Notes: generated from the sequence alone by a model not told the origin. A DNA stretch of 64,000 nucleotides from Candidatus Poribacteria bacterium (GCA_965214095.1 OZ243938.1:4832001-4896000); one strand, 5' to 3'; counted from the stretch's first letter, positions 10,032 to 20,613 are shown. Numbers and translations are program-made.

Positions 10032-11099
10032 TTACCTCTTTCGGGTCTGTCCTTCAAACGGAGTCCGAAGATCATACTTACCTTCTTCAAGTACAGGAAG
10101 CGTTCCATCGTTCACCATCAACTCTAATGGCAATTCTTTAGTTTCAAGCGGCATATTGACCACATCCTTAATTCGCAATGATTCATATATAGCCATCATA
10201 ATTTCAATGGTATACCGCGCTTGTTCGCCTCTTCCTCTATGCGTTGGTATTTTACCCTCTATCCATTCAATCAATTCTTGGTACTGATTCTTGGGTTCTG
10301 GTGGAGGCGTAATTGTCTGCCACCCTTTCGCATCGTTGTTCTGGAGCAGTACTGTACCGTTATCACCGTTACGAATTTGTCCCTCTGTACCGGCAACTAT
10401 CGGCATTGATACACCAGGATCCGGTAAGTCACCTTCATAAATGGCACGTGCGCCACCTTCAAAACATACTAATCCCATACATAAATCTTCACAGATTGTC
10501 CTGCGTTCCCATCGATCTGTGGTACGAGATGTTGTTCCAATTACCCACAAAGTCTCAGGATCAGACAACATAAAACGCCATCCATCTATCGCATGTGTAC
10601 CAGTATTCAACAAACCCGCGTGTGCCTTGGCACGATGGTGAAGCGTGGTCGGTTGTCCTATTGCACCAGATGCTACAAGTCGTTGAATTTCTATGCTGGC
10701 TGCACTGTATCTTCTTTGGTGACCAATGACAAGTTTTACATCGTTCTCTTCACATGCATTTAGCATTTCGTCTGCTTGACCAAGTGAAGCAGCCATCGGT
10801 TTTTCTCCCATGATACCCTTCACACCAGCTTTCGCTGCTGCAACTGTCGCTTCTGAACGTGGCCCCTGCCAAGTCGTTATGCTGACGATATCCAAATCTT
10901 CTTTCGCTAACATTTCATCAACATCTGTGTAAGTAGCTGACATACCGAATTCCTCTGCTACCTTTTTCGCAGATTCTTCATAGATATCCATCGCAGCAAC
11001 AAGTTCAACATTTTCATGTTTTTGCCATGAACGAGAATGAGACCTACCCATGCCACCACAACCGATAATTCCAATGCGATACTTCTGATTCGTTGCCAT
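10032..11099 (-). CDS. Gfo/Idh/MocA family oxidoreductase
   Basis: IGIIGCGGMG Rossmann motif, EKPMA and GHQRRY. Start taken at MATNQ. Confidence 0.92.
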   Translation of the reverse strand: MATNQKYRIGIIGCGGMGRSHSRSWQKHENVELVAAMDIYEESAKKVAEEFGMSATYTDVDEMLAKEDLDIVSITTWQGPRSEATVAAAKAGVKGIMGEKPMAASLGQADEMLNACEENDVKLVIGHQRRYSAASIEIQRLVASGAIGQPTTLHHRAKAHAGLLNTGTHAIDGWRFMLSDPETLWVIGTTSRTTDRWERRTICEDLCMGLVCFEGGARAIYEGDLPDPGVSMPIVAGTEGQIRNGDNGTVLLQNNDAKGWQTITPPPEPKNQYQELIEWIEGKIPTHRGRGEQARYTIEIMMAIYESLRIKDVVNMPLETKELPLELMVNDGTLPVLEEGKYDLRTPFEGQTRKR

Positions 11100-11123
11100 A
11101 TTCTTATACTCCTTAGATTCAGT

Positions 11124-11261
11124 TATAGTAAAAACCACAATTATTTACACACGACGGTAGGTTCGGTTTCCTAACCGAACCGGTGTTTGTTCAGTCTCAT
11201 AGATGCGGTTAGGAAACCGCATCTACCGCGGAGTGTGCACGTGTTTTTACATTTCACTAGA
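11124..11261 (+). mobile_element. MITE-like element family A (about 137 bp) carrying an inverted pair of GTAG-REP hairpins
   Basis: tatagtaaaaacc...ggtaggttcggtttcctaaccgaaccgg...gatgcggttaggaaaccgcatctacc...catttcacta. Near-identical copies at 19551, 36052, 40257 (reverse) and 60792. Confidence 0.85.
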
Positions 11262-11393
11262 AGACTTCAAAGACAGATCATTTTGTATAATGTATCAATT
11301 TCTACAGAATGCGTCAACATGTTTTCAAACACAATTCTATATTGACGGAACCACTGTTTTCTGATAAATTGATGTCAACAAGAACAAAACACA

Positions 11394-12119
11394 ATGAGTG
11401 ATTATAAAGTGACAACGTGTCTAATAGTTTTCGTTAAAAACCCAATACCAAATCAAGTTAAAACGCGCCTACTACCTGCATTATCCGCAGAACAAGCGGC
11501 AGCATTATACAGGGCATTTCTAACTGATTGGTGTGCTGCACTTAGGACACTATCCAATATTGATCTGATAATTGCATATACACCACCAGAGAGTCTGTCC
11601 GATTTAGAGAAATTGATTGGAAAACATGTAACCTACATACCTCAAAATGGAATAGATCTTGGGGAACGACTCACCAACGCAACGAAGTATGGTGTAGAAA
11701 ACGGGTATGAAAAGGTTATTATCGTCGGATCCGACAGTCCAACACTTCCCATATCATTTATATCTGATGCTGTCGTAGGTCTTGATACTCGTGATGCAGT
11801 CATCGGTCCAACTGTAGATGGTGGGTATTATCTTATCGGTTTCGCTACAAATATTCTATCTGATGCATTACCTACTATCTTTGAGGGTATTTCATGGAGT
11901 ACCGCGAAAGTAATGCAACAGACATTAAACCGTATTCAAAACATCAAAGCATCGCTCAAACTACTTCCACCGTGGTATGATATAGACACTCCTGAAGATT
12001 TAGCATTATTAGATACGCATTTACAGGCAATACGATATGCAGAGGGATCAACTCAAGCAGAAAAAACTGATAGACTTATTCAAAAATTGATAAAGGAGAA
12101 TTCACTATGGGAAAATTAG
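11394..12119 (+). CDS. DUF2064/CofC-like transferase (TIGR04282-type glycosyltransferase)
   Basis: FVKNPIPNQVKTRL, DLGERL, VGSDSPTLP, IGPTVDGGYYLIG and WYDIDTPEDL motifs. Confidence 0.85.
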   Translation: MSDYKVTTCLIVFVKNPIPNQVKTRLLPALSAEQAAALYRAFLTDWCAALRTLSNIDLIIAYTPPESLSDLEKLIGKHVTYIPQNGIDLGERLTNATKYGVENGYEKVIIVGSDSPTLPISFISDAVVGLDTRDAVIGPTVDGGYYLIGFATNILSDALPTIFEGISWSTAKVMQQTLNRIQNIKASLKLLPPWYDIDTPEDLALLDTHLQAIRYAEGSTQAEKTDRLIQKLIKENSLWEN

Positions 12120-12838
12120 ATGGAAAAGTTGCAATTGTAACGGGTGGTAATAGAGGAATTGGCAAAGCTATCGCAAAAGGATTGGCATCCGAGGGTGCAA
12201 GCCTAACTATCGCTGCAAGAGATGCAGAACTACTCACGCAAACAGCAGATGAACTTCGCGAAAAAGGTGCAGATGTTCTTGCCGTACCAACCGATGTTAC
12301 CAAAGAGGAACAAATCAAATCTCTATTTGAAAAAGCAATGGCAGAATATAATCGCTTAGATATTCTTGTCAATAATGCAGGTGCATTTGATGGAGGTCCG
12401 ATTGACGAACTCTCAACAGAAGCATGGGATAAAGTAATAGGTGTGAACCTTCGCGCACCTTTTCTCTGCTCACGCGAGGCGATGCGGATAATGAAAGCAC
12501 AAGGTGAGGGTGGACGTATCATAAATGTTGGCAGCATCTCAGCACACCGCGTCCGACCAAATAGTGCTCCATACAGTTCAAGTAAATTTGGAATATGGGG
12601 GTTGACACAAGTAACTGCTTTGGAGGGTAGACCCCATGGAATTACTGCAAGTTGCTTACAACCCGGTAACACTTTCGTAGAAAGAATACAAAACCGTCCA
12701 GAGCCTCCATCTGAACCGATGATGAACGTTGACGACCTCGCACAGGCAGCTGTGCTTATGGCAACACTTCCACCGAATATGAATATGTTAGAAGCAACGG
12801 TGCTACCTGTTGAACAACTCTACGTCGGACGTGGTTAA
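12107..12838 (+). CDS. Short-chain dehydrogenase/reductase (SDR)
   Basis: TGGNRGIG, LVNNAG and catalytic YSSSK. Confidence 0.95.
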   Translation: MGKLDGKVAIVTGGNRGIGKAIAKGLASEGASLTIAARDAELLTQTADELREKGADVLAVPTDVTKEEQIKSLFEKAMAEYNRLDILVNNAGAFDGGPIDELSTEAWDKVIGVNLRAPFLCSREAMRIMKAQGEGGRIINVGSISAHRVRPNSAPYSSSKFGIWGLTQVTALEGRPHGITASCLQPGNTFVERIQNRPEPPSEPMMNVDDLAQAAVLMATLPPNMNMLEATVLPVEQLYVGRG

Positions 12839-12905
12839 TTTGAGATACGCTCAAGTAGAATCTTTAGACAATAAATCACACTACTGTTCTGTCTACACTA
12901 ATCTT

Positions 12906-12935
12906 GTAGGTCGTGTAGAGGCACGAAACCCGACA
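12906..12935 (+). repeat. Solitary degenerate GTAG-type REP-like hairpin
   Basis: gtaggtcgtgtagaggcacgaaacccgac: a GTAG head plus an imperfect palindrome, downstream of the SDR gene. Confidence 0.4.
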
Positions 12936-13062
12936 TGCAATGTCCGAGTGGACACTCCACTACATCACATTTCAATTGACAATTTATTCAGTAATACGTT
13001 ACAATCTCTTTACTCACAGATTTAAATCTGAATTGCCTATCAAATAAGGAAGAACAGCACTC

Positions 13063-13548
13063 ATGCATAACACATACACAATCTTCTCTGCTGTTGTAAT
13101 TGTTGCCATAGCCATTCTAATTGGTTGTACAAATATGACAGAACAGAGAACTGACGATGGTTTGGAAGAATCAGGAACTGAACTTGCCTTAGACGAAACC
13201 TATGATAAGGTTAGAAAGGGTGCGCGCCTTATTATGAATTACGATTCCCAAAGTAACACCTTCAAAGGTTCTGTTGAAAACACGACTGATGAAGTTTTGA
13301 AGCAAGTTAGAGTTGAAGTCCACTTGTCAAATGGAAATGAACTCGGACCGACTCCCGCATTTGACCTCAAACCCGGTGAAAAAAGAAATGTCGCATTTGT
13401 CGTAACTATTAAAGATTTTGATAAATGGACTGCACACCCTGAAGTCGGTGAAGGAGAGCATACCGCAGATGGAGAACATGACGAAAATGACTCTGAACAT
13501 GGTGGAGAACACGACCGTGAAAGTGAGGAAAAAGGAGAACATGACTAA
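13063..13548 (+). CDS. Lipoprotein with Ig-like (FxLYD-like) domain and His/Glu-rich tail
   Basis: Lipobox ILIGC; FKGSVENTTDEVLKQVRVEVHL...LKPGEKR; tail EGEHTADGEHDENDSEHGGEHDRESEEKGEHD. Confidence 0.7.
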   Translation: MHNTYTIFSAVVIVAIAILIGCTNMTEQRTDDGLEESGTELALDETYDKVRKGARLIMNYDSQSNTFKGSVENTTDEVLKQVRVEVHLSNGNELGPTPAFDLKPGEKRNVAFVVTIKDFDKWTAHPEVGEGEHTADGEHDENDSEHGGEHDRESEEKGEHD

Positions 13549-14179
13549 CAGAAGTTTAATTCCTATCAATCTATTCGTCCCAATGTTGCTGTTTGGATTC
13601 TTAACATTCGTTTATGCAGAGAATCCACCAGAAAATATCCTGAAAAACGGTGATTTTGACAATCAACTTGACCAGTGGCATCTTTGGACACACGCAAGTG
13701 CTAATGCCACCTTCCAAACAGAAGGCAGAAAAGCAGAACCTATTATCGGGGATAATGCTGCGTATATCAATATCGCCAAGGCAGGAGAGAATGTTGGTCA
13801 TATACAACTCTATCAGCAACCATTTTTCTTGGAAAAAGACACTATCTATACCTACGGTTTGTGGGCAAAAAGTGAAAAACCAAGAAACGCAACTATGCGT
13901 ATTATACATCAAGGGGCTCCTTGGAATATATACATATCACAGGTAATCAGTCTCACAGAAGCATGGAAAGAATTCTTTATCACTTTTACAATGCCTGAGG
14001 ATGACGTAAATTCACGTGCGGGTATCATCATGGGAACTGATAGAAATGATGTTTGGGTTGACCACGTCCGTCTATATAAGGGTCAGTATGTGCAGGATAT
14101 TGAAGGTGTAGAACCGCATCCTGTCGAACCTGTTGACAAATTAGTAACTACATGGGCAAATCTAAAACACCAAGAATAA
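13541..14179 (+). CDS. Secreted CBM4/9-like carbohydrate-binding protein with C-terminal 'VEPVDKLVTTWANLK' motif
   Basis: Start at MTNRS with a GGAG RBS, then a signal peptide; ENILKNGDFD, YTYGLWAK, LTEAWKEF and VWVDHVRL are typical of CBM_4_9. Confidence 0.8.
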   Translation: MTNRSLIPINLFVPMLLFGFLTFVYAENPPENILKNGDFDNQLDQWHLWTHASANATFQTEGRKAEPIIGDNAAYINIAKAGENVGHIQLYQQPFFLEKDTIYTYGLWAKSEKPRNATMRIIHQGAPWNIYISQVISLTEAWKEFFITFTMPEDDVNSRAGIIMGTDRNDVWVDHVRLYKGQYVQDIEGVEPHPVEPVDKLVTTWANLKHQE

Positions 14180-14216
14180 TTAGAATAATATTACTATTTC
14201 TATTATCCAATTACTA

Positions 14217-14756
14217 ATGTCAAAACTACACAAGGGTATAACACCCAAGTTAAGAGAATTTATAGAACAACAAAAAATGTTCTTTGTCGCAACTGCCACT
14301 GCAGACAGTCGGATTAATCTCTCGCCAAAAGGGATGGATTCGTTGCGCGTTGTAAACGCAAACCGTGTTGTGTGGTTAAACGTGACAGGCAGCGGTAATG
14401 AAACAGCAGCACACGTTCAAGAAAATCCACGGATGACACTGATGTTCACTGCATTTGAGGGTAACCCAATGATCTTACGCCTTTATGGCAATGCACAGGC
14501 TATCCACATGGATGATGCAGATTGGCAACTTCTTTATCCGTTATTTCCAGAGATTCCCGGTGCACGCCAAATATTTGATCTCAACATAGATCTTGTTCAA
14601 ACTTCGTGCGGTTTTGCTGTACCACTATACGATTATGTTGGTGAGAGGGAACAGTTAAACACATGGGCATCTAAGAAAGGAAAGAATGGGTTAAAGGAAT
14701 ATTGGAAAGAAAAGAACAAAGTCAGCCTTGATGGAAAACCCACTCACTTTGCTTAA
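14217..14756 (+). CDS. Pyridoxamine 5'-phosphate oxidase-related FMN-binding protein
   Basis: FIEQQKMFFVATA, INLSPKG, TGSGNETAAH and VQTSCGFAVP motifs. Confidence 0.9.
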   Translation: MSKLHKGITPKLREFIEQQKMFFVATATADSRINLSPKGMDSLRVVNANRVVWLNVTGSGNETAAHVQENPRMTLMFTAFEGNPMILRLYGNAQAIHMDDADWQLLYPLFPEIPGARQIFDLNIDLVQTSCGFAVPLYDYVGEREQLNTWASKKGKNGLKEYWKEKNKVSLDGKPTHFA

Positions 14757-14817
14757 CAGTTACAACTACAACAATCTGGTTTACAAAAAATATCAGCAAA
14801 CGCCAAACTAACACAAA

Positions 14818-17421
14818 ATGAAATCATACCTTATTACAATCATCCTCCTTTCTATAACACTACTACCTTTAGTCCAAGCCCTTCCACCTGATGCAGAACT
14901 ACAAAGTGCAATTCAAACAGCCCGAAGTTTTAAGCCACTTAAGCCAAGGTATACTACAGATGATATTATGGAATGTGCGACCGATAGTTTTGTCACCATA
15001 GCGAAAAACTGGCACAACCTTCCTCTAAAATATCGCGAGGAACTGAAACCGATTTTCCTACGGCCAGGACTTCCCGGGAGTTTCTTTGGTGATATTGAAC
15101 TGTTAGAAAAATTCAACACGCCACACTTCAAGTTGCATTATACCCGAATCGGCCCCCATGCACCCCCACTTGAAGACTTTCACCCACGCAACGGAGTACC
15201 CGATTATATCGACCTATGTGCAGACGCTATGGAACGTGCATATCATGTCCAAATTGACTTGATGAATTTCAAAAAACCTTACATAGATTATTGGGCAGCA
15301 CAAAACGGTGGAAATCACAAAATGGATGTGTATCTCTTTACCTTCCCTGCTCTCGGAATCACAACTGCTGACTGGTTTGAAGGTCGCGTGTTGTCTACTG
15401 CTCTAACAATCGCACCATACTTCATGATCAACTCTCGCATCTACGATTACGTTGGAAAATTGGAGGGTATCCGATATCTTGAAACAACTTGTGCCCACGA
15501 ATTCCTGCACGGCATTCAGTTTGCATATAACGCATACATGCCGACATGGTTCATGGAAGCATCCGCAACGTGGATTGAAGTCATGACCTACGATGGTGGG
15601 GTTATTGATGATGGTGATAATATCCCTGACCCTGATGAACCAAACGAAACAAATTCATATAACTATTATATACATCAACTCCGCCGTTGGTTTAACATTC
15701 CAGATATTTCACTTGAAAGCCGCATCGGTGACCACGAATACGGTTCAGTTATTTGGTCTCTTTATATGGCAGAAAGGTTTGGTTACGATACCATTCGTCA
15801 ACTCTTTGCAAACGCTACCGATGGCAGCTATCGGGAATTCGGTAATTTCTATGATGTCTTTACAGACAACGGCACGACACTTGCTGAAGCGTTCAAGACC
15901 TTCACTGTATGGAATTATTTTACATACAACCGTGCTTATACTGGCACAGAAATAACAGGATATAGGAATGCAGAACGGTTTCCACCTGTTGCAATTCATC
16001 CAAATGATGTACACAACACCTACCCGGTTCGTAAAGATTTTGATTCAGAATCTATGCCTGAACATTTTTCATCAAGATATTTTGTCTTTCGTCCAACTGG
16101 AATTATGCCAGAATTTGCTATAAAGATTGACGGGGCAGACCTTGCTCCGATTGATATGAATCAACTGACAATCAGTGACCGTATAAGAATAGATAACGAA
16201 CTCAGCAGACATACTAATTTAGGTTTGCGCGGATGGGCTGCCAAATTTATCGTCAAAAAAAGTAACGGTACTACAGTAATTAAAGAGGCGTTCACTTTTC
16301 AGAAATCTCAAGAAGCACAGATGACATTCAAAGATTTCGGTGGCGATATCAAGGAGATTACGCTTGTTCTTATCAATATGCATCCCGATGTTGAACAAGT
16401 AGTTGTTCCGGGTGGAACATTCGGTGGTTCAGTCAGTTGTATGGCAGGTGTTCCACCAAAAGGTCAAATCTCTAACGCTGAAGTTAGACAAGGGAGTAGA
16501 GGTCCTATCATATCTTGGTCAATTGACGACACAACCGACATTCAGCAAGTTGTCATTGTTAGAAAACGGTATGAAATTATCACTGAAACTGACACACCAC
16601 AACCTTTTCAATCAGATGATGAGGTGCGGGCTGCTGTTGATAGCAACGGGGATGGTATAGCCGAAAATGACATCAGCATTGTTGGAAGAGTCAATATTAC
16701 ACAAACACAGTTTGAAGATACAACAGTATTCCAAGATATTGATCTTGACTTTACTGAACCGAACGACGTTCATTACTATTATGCAGTAATACCTGTAGAC
16801 GCAACAGGTATCATGGGAGCACCAAGTATTGTTCCAAACAGCATTACACCTGCTGTGGATACTGCAAACGGATCCCCATCATTCTTCATTAAGACAGAAC
16901 CTGTCCGCACAGGTCAATGGCAAGTTGACGTGCAAAGCACACACCCATTGCAAAGTGCACCACAATTAACTATAGAAAGTCCAAGTAGAAACAACTATGC
17001 CATTGTTCTGACACAAGAAACAGCAACAAAATGGAGTGGCACGTACCATACAAACGGATTTCCACAAACAGGCACCTATCTCTATCATATTAGTGGGATA
17101 ACTCCTGATGGTATAACAGGAAATCAGATATGGCAGGGAAAAATCTTCAACTATATAGCAAACAACACAAATCGCAACGTAATGGTTACGCCAAATCCTA
17201 TACATGCAGGAGATGGAAACCAACATGCTACTTTTTTACCAAACGGACTTACTATTGAAATCTACGATGTCACTGGTAACAGGATTAAGGTAATTGAAAA
17301 TGCATCAAACTGGGATTGCACAAACCAAAACGGTGAAAAAGTCTGTGCAGGATTATACTTTTACCGTGCTACCGACGGCAACGGCTTCCTATCTACCGGA
17401 AAGTTCTCTGTGGTGAAATGA
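14818..17421 (+). CDS. Secreted zinc metalloprotease-like protein (MXAN_6640-like) with FlgD-Ig-type C-terminal domain
   Basis: Signal peptide; AHEFLHGIQ (HExxH) followed by WFMEASATWIE; C-terminal VTPNP...IEIYDVTGNRIK...WDCTNQNGEKVCAGLYFY. Confidence 0.75.
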   Translation: MKSYLITIILLSITLLPLVQALPPDAELQSAIQTARSFKPLKPRYTTDDIMECATDSFVTIAKNWHNLPLKYREELKPIFLRPGLPGSFFGDIELLEKFNTPHFKLHYTRIGPHAPPLEDFHPRNGVPDYIDLCADAMERAYHVQIDLMNFKKPYIDYWAAQNGGNHKMDVYLFTFPALGITTADWFEGRVLSTALTIAPYFMINSRIYDYVGKLEGIRYLETTCAHEFLHGIQFAYNAYMPTWFMEASATWIEVMTYDGGVIDDGDNIPDPDEPNETNSYNYYIHQLRRWFNIPDISLESRIGDHEYGSVIWSLYMAERFGYDTIRQLFANATDGSYREFGNFYDVFTDNGTTLAEAFKTFTVWNYFTYNRAYTGTEITGYRNAERFPPVAIHPNDVHNTYPVRKDFDSESMPEHFSSRYFVFRPTGIMPEFAIKIDGADLAPIDMNQLTISDRIRIDNELSRHTNLGLRGWAAKFIVKKSNGTTVIKEAFTFQKSQEAQMTFKDFGGDIKEITLVLINMHPDVEQVVVPGGTFGGSVSCMAGVPPKGQISNAEVRQGSRGPIISWSIDDTTDIQQVVIVRKRYEIITETDTPQPFQSDDEVRAAVDSNGDGIAENDISIVGRVNITQTQFEDTTVFQDIDLDFTEPNDVHYYYAVIPVDATGIMGAPSIVPNSITPAVDTANGSPSFFIKTEPVRTGQWQVDVQSTHPLQSAPQLTIESPSRNNYAIVLTQETATKWSGTYHTNGFPQTGTYLYHISGITPDGITGNQIWQGKIFNYIANNTNRNVMVTPNPIHAGDGNQHATFLPNGLTIEIYDVTGNRIKVIENASNWDCTNQNGEKVCAGLYFYRATDGNGFLSTGKFSVVK

Positions 17422-18254
17422 TGAAGTATTCTTTGTTAAAAACCTTTTGCTGTGTTTCCATCATCTTACTACTGTCTATTGTAGGATGCAGCGAAGAAGG
17501 TTTGATTGACCCGCACGGTGAAACCAAACTAACACCACCTAATACATCAGGAACGTTACAAGCCATAGATTTTCCTACCGACACAGGTTCGGCATGGACA
17601 TACATAAATACCAACACTGAGAAGGAATTTACCGTTCGTGTTAGAGGGACGCGGGATATTAGTGGTACAACGCACCGTCAACTGACTATTAGCACAATTA
17701 CTCCTGTTGAACCAGATGAAGTCAACCTTGTGACAGTAGACCACTTGGCTGCAAATGCATTCTATTTCCGAACAGACACCGATTTTTTCAATGGATTCCC
17801 ATTCCCAATAATCGCAACATACATCAACAAAACACCACAAGGAATCGTTGAATCTGCCTTTGATGTATTTCTACCTATTCAAAATCCAGTGTTTCACCAA
17901 AAGCACTTTCCTGAACGGCGTTTATGGGACTTCCCGCTGGAAGTCGGTAAGGAATGGACGGTGTTTGATAAAACTGCTGGGAATCCAGTATCAGCCACTC
18001 GGTTTGTCGCTGAGAAGGATGTTATTACCGTGCCTGCTGGCACTTACAGCACTTATGTCGTCTACGAGGAAGTGATTTACGGCGACATCGAAGCACCGAC
18101 AATTCGTCTGATTAGTCCTCCTGCAGTCTATTGGGTTGCACCTTCAGTAGGTGTCGTGCAATATAGGTTCAGTCGCTATCGTGCTACGGAAACATTTCAA
18201 ACTGAGACATATCAACTCAAAAGTGTTCACCTTCCCGGTCCTTTTACAGACTGA
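17418..18254 (+). CDS. Lipoprotein, DUF3108/TapB-like beta-sheet
   Basis: Lipobox SIVGC; FPLEVGKEW, ITVPAGTY and YWVAPSVGVV motifs; overlaps the upstream stop codon. Confidence 0.65.
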   Translation: MMKYSLLKTFCCVSIILLLSIVGCSEEGLIDPHGETKLTPPNTSGTLQAIDFPTDTGSAWTYINTNTEKEFTVRVRGTRDISGTTHRQLTISTITPVEPDEVNLVTVDHLAANAFYFRTDTDFFNGFPFPIIATYINKTPQGIVESAFDVFLPIQNPVFHQKHFPERRLWDFPLEVGKEWTVFDKTAGNPVSATRFVAEKDVITVPAGTYSTYVVYEEVIYGDIEAPTIRLISPPAVYWVAPSVGVVQYRFSRYRATETFQTETYQLKSVHLPGPFTD

Positions 18255-18261
18255 CACAGAT

Positions 18262-19482
18262 ATGAAAACACTTGCCCATCGGAATATCCCTATAACTATA
18301 ATCGGTGGTGGAATCCACGGTTGTTCAATTGCACTACGACTGCTACGGGTCATGCCTAACGCAGCACCACACATTGCAATCATTGACCAGCACCCTTTCC
18401 CACTGACTCAATGGAGAAACAAAACAGAACGTCAAGGCATGACATATCTACGATCACCTGCAGTACATCATATATCCAACGAGCCGTTAGGTATTGTTGA
18501 ATACGCAGAAAAGCATAACCGAACAAAGGAATTAGCTCCTCCATATTCACAGCCTTCAACCGAACTCTTTTGGGATTACTGTAAAGATGCACTATCAGAG
18601 ATAAGAAAACATCCTATATTCTATCAATTTGATGTGGAGAAGTTGCGATGGGACAAAGGAGCAGGTAAGTATCCTTTCCGCCTAATATCAAACGGAAATA
18701 TTGGATTTCGAAGCAGTTGTGTTATTCTGGCAATCGGTTCTGATGATTGCACCTACATACCACCAGAGTATACTGAATGGATGCTAAGTTATCCTGACAA
18801 AATTGTTCATGCATCTCAATTCTCTGTGAACTGTGAATTAAGTAAAAAAGAGGGTGAAAAGTATTTAATTGTTGGGGGTGGATTGACCACAGGAACTCTG
18901 GCAAAAAGTCTAAGTGAACGCGGACATCAGGTAGTGTTGATTGCACGAAAACAGTTGAAGACAGAACAGTTCGATTTTCCACCTATCTGGTTAGGTCCCA
19001 AAGCACTCACTGAATTTGCTAATGAACCCGATTTTCAACGGCGGTTTCAGATTATCCAAGAGAATAGAGGAGAAGGCAGCATTACTCCTGATATAATGGA
19101 GTCACTCAAGAATGCTACAAATGTTGATTTCTATCCTGAGACTTTAGTTCAAAATATCCGACAAACAGATAGTGATAATTTACAAGTTGAAACAACTCGT
19201 GAACTTATCCCAAATGTATCTCGTGTTATTCTTGCAACAGGATATAGATTCAATCTACGTAGTTACGGCTTTATGAGAACATTACTGAAGCAGTATCCGG
19301 TTGATATAATCTGTGGACTACCTAAACTGGACAAAGATTTACAATTCTATCCGATTGAAAACCTATTTGGCACAGGAACCATTGCTCAACTACAAATCGG
19401 ACCTGCTTCAGGAAACATCGCAGGTGCCAGTCTTGCTTATGAACGTTTTCGTGATAAACTATTCGCGAAATTGCCAAAGTGA
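18262..19482 (+). CDS. FAD/NAD(P)-binding oxidoreductase (lysine N6-hydroxylase-like family)
   Basis: IIGGGIHG, LRSP, second motif IVGGGLTTG, ILATGY and QIGPASGNIAGA. Start moved to MKTLAH. Confidence 0.8.
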   Translation: MKTLAHRNIPITIIGGGIHGCSIALRLLRVMPNAAPHIAIIDQHPFPLTQWRNKTERQGMTYLRSPAVHHISNEPLGIVEYAEKHNRTKELAPPYSQPSTELFWDYCKDALSEIRKHPIFYQFDVEKLRWDKGAGKYPFRLISNGNIGFRSSCVILAIGSDDCTYIPPEYTEWMLSYPDKIVHASQFSVNCELSKKEGEKYLIVGGGLTTGTLAKSLSERGHQVVLIARKQLKTEQFDFPPIWLGPKALTEFANEPDFQRRFQIIQENRGEGSITPDIMESLKNATNVDFYPETLVQNIRQTDSDNLQVETTRELIPNVSRVILATGYRFNLRSYGFMRTLLKQYPVDIICGLPKLDKDLQFYPIENLFGTGTIAQLQIGPASGNIAGASLAYERFRDKLFAKLPK

Positions 19483-19495
19483 TTCAAGTGTACAT

Positions 19496-19688
19496 TATAG
19501 TAAAAACCATAATTATTTACACATTACGGTAAGTTCGGTTTCCTAACCGATATAGTAAAAACCATAATTATTTACACATTACGGTAGGTTCGGTTTCCTA
19601 ACCGAACCGGTGTTTGTTCAGCCTCATAGATGCGGTTAGGAAACCGCATCTACCGGGGAGTGTGCACGTGTTTTTACATTTCACTATA
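19496..19688 (+). mobile_element. Family A MITE-like element (19551-19688) preceded by a 55-bp tandem copy of its own left end
   Basis: tatagtaaaaaccataattatttacacattacggta(a/g)gttcggtttcctaaccga occurs at 19496 and at 19551. Only the second continues to ...catttcactata. Confidence 0.85.
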
Positions 19689-19737
19689 AATGGAACGGTT
19701 TTGAAACCGCTCCTACCGAAGAGAAACAATATAGGAA

Positions 19738-20613
19738 TTACCCTGTGATAGCATACGCAACAACATTCATACCTTGCTCAAATGCCCAACTTCGTTGCTC
19801 AATTCCACCTGGATCACATGGTCTGCCTTCCCATGCACAATTCATATCATTGGGGCAGAAGTAGACCATCACCCTATCTTCATCCATGATTGCTTGATCA
19901 TATTCATAACCCCGAATTAGTTTATCTCCACCGAGATATTCGTTATGGTCGTAGAGTGTGTGATAGATTGAATGGCTGATGTCAAGTCGTTCAAACTTCT
20001 TTTCAGGATAAATTCGTCTCATCATAATTTGGATCTGAGGCCAAAAGTTTGCATAGCGGATGTCACAATCTTCAACGTGGAGAAAACCCCCGCGTTCAAA
20101 ATATTCTCTCAATTTGCGTATATGTGTATCAGTGAGTCTCATTTGTGCGCGTCTGCCGTGGCCTGTCATAAATATAAAAGGATAAGAATATAACCAGTCA
20201 TCATCAATGTCTACATATTGCGGGTGTCTACGCAAATTTACATTGATTGAAGTATTCTCTTCAAGGACCTGTGAGAACTTAAGGTCCGATTTCCACCGAT
20301 AATGATTTACGATATTCGTCCACCAATCACCACCAGGATATTTTAGACGGACGAAGGTGAACTTTTCACCTGTTGGATCCATTCCCGGATGATTATGTTC
20401 AATTATATCACGAGTGCCGTATCTTGTAGAATAATGAATATCACGAGTAGCATCGTAAGGGATATATTCTCCAAACTGTGATTGTGCATCAGCGGAGTTG
20501 AGTAATCCACCCGCAGCAACAGCAGAGGTAGCAAGTCCAATGGAACTTTTGATAAATGCACGACGCGAGAATGTGCGGATTGTTTTGTCGGTTTGATTGC
20601 GGTCAATTGACAT
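19738..20613 (-). CDS. DUF4159 domain protein with Tat signal peptide
   Basis: FSRRAFIK twin-arginine motif; FTFVRLKY, YPFIFMTGHG, LREYFERGGFLHVED and GMNVVAYA. Confidence 0.85.
   Translation of the reverse strand: MSIDRNQTDKTIRTFSRRAFIKSSIGLATSAVAAGGLLNSADAQSQFGEYIPYDATRDIHYSTRYGTRDIIEHNHPGMDPTGEKFTFVRLKYPGGDWWTNIVNHYRWKSDLKFSQVLEENTSINVNLRRHPQYVDIDDDWLYSYPFIFMTGHGRRAQMRLTDTHIRKLREYFERGGFLHVEDCDIRYANFWPQIQIMMRRIYPEKKFERLDISHSIYHTLYDHNEYLGGDKLIRGYEYDQAIMDEDRVMVYFCPNDMNCAWEGRPCDPGGIEQRSWAFEQGMNVVAYAITG

Noticed and set aside
12076-12672. 198-aa minus-strand ORF
   Set aside because: It is the common antisense frame of an SDR gene.
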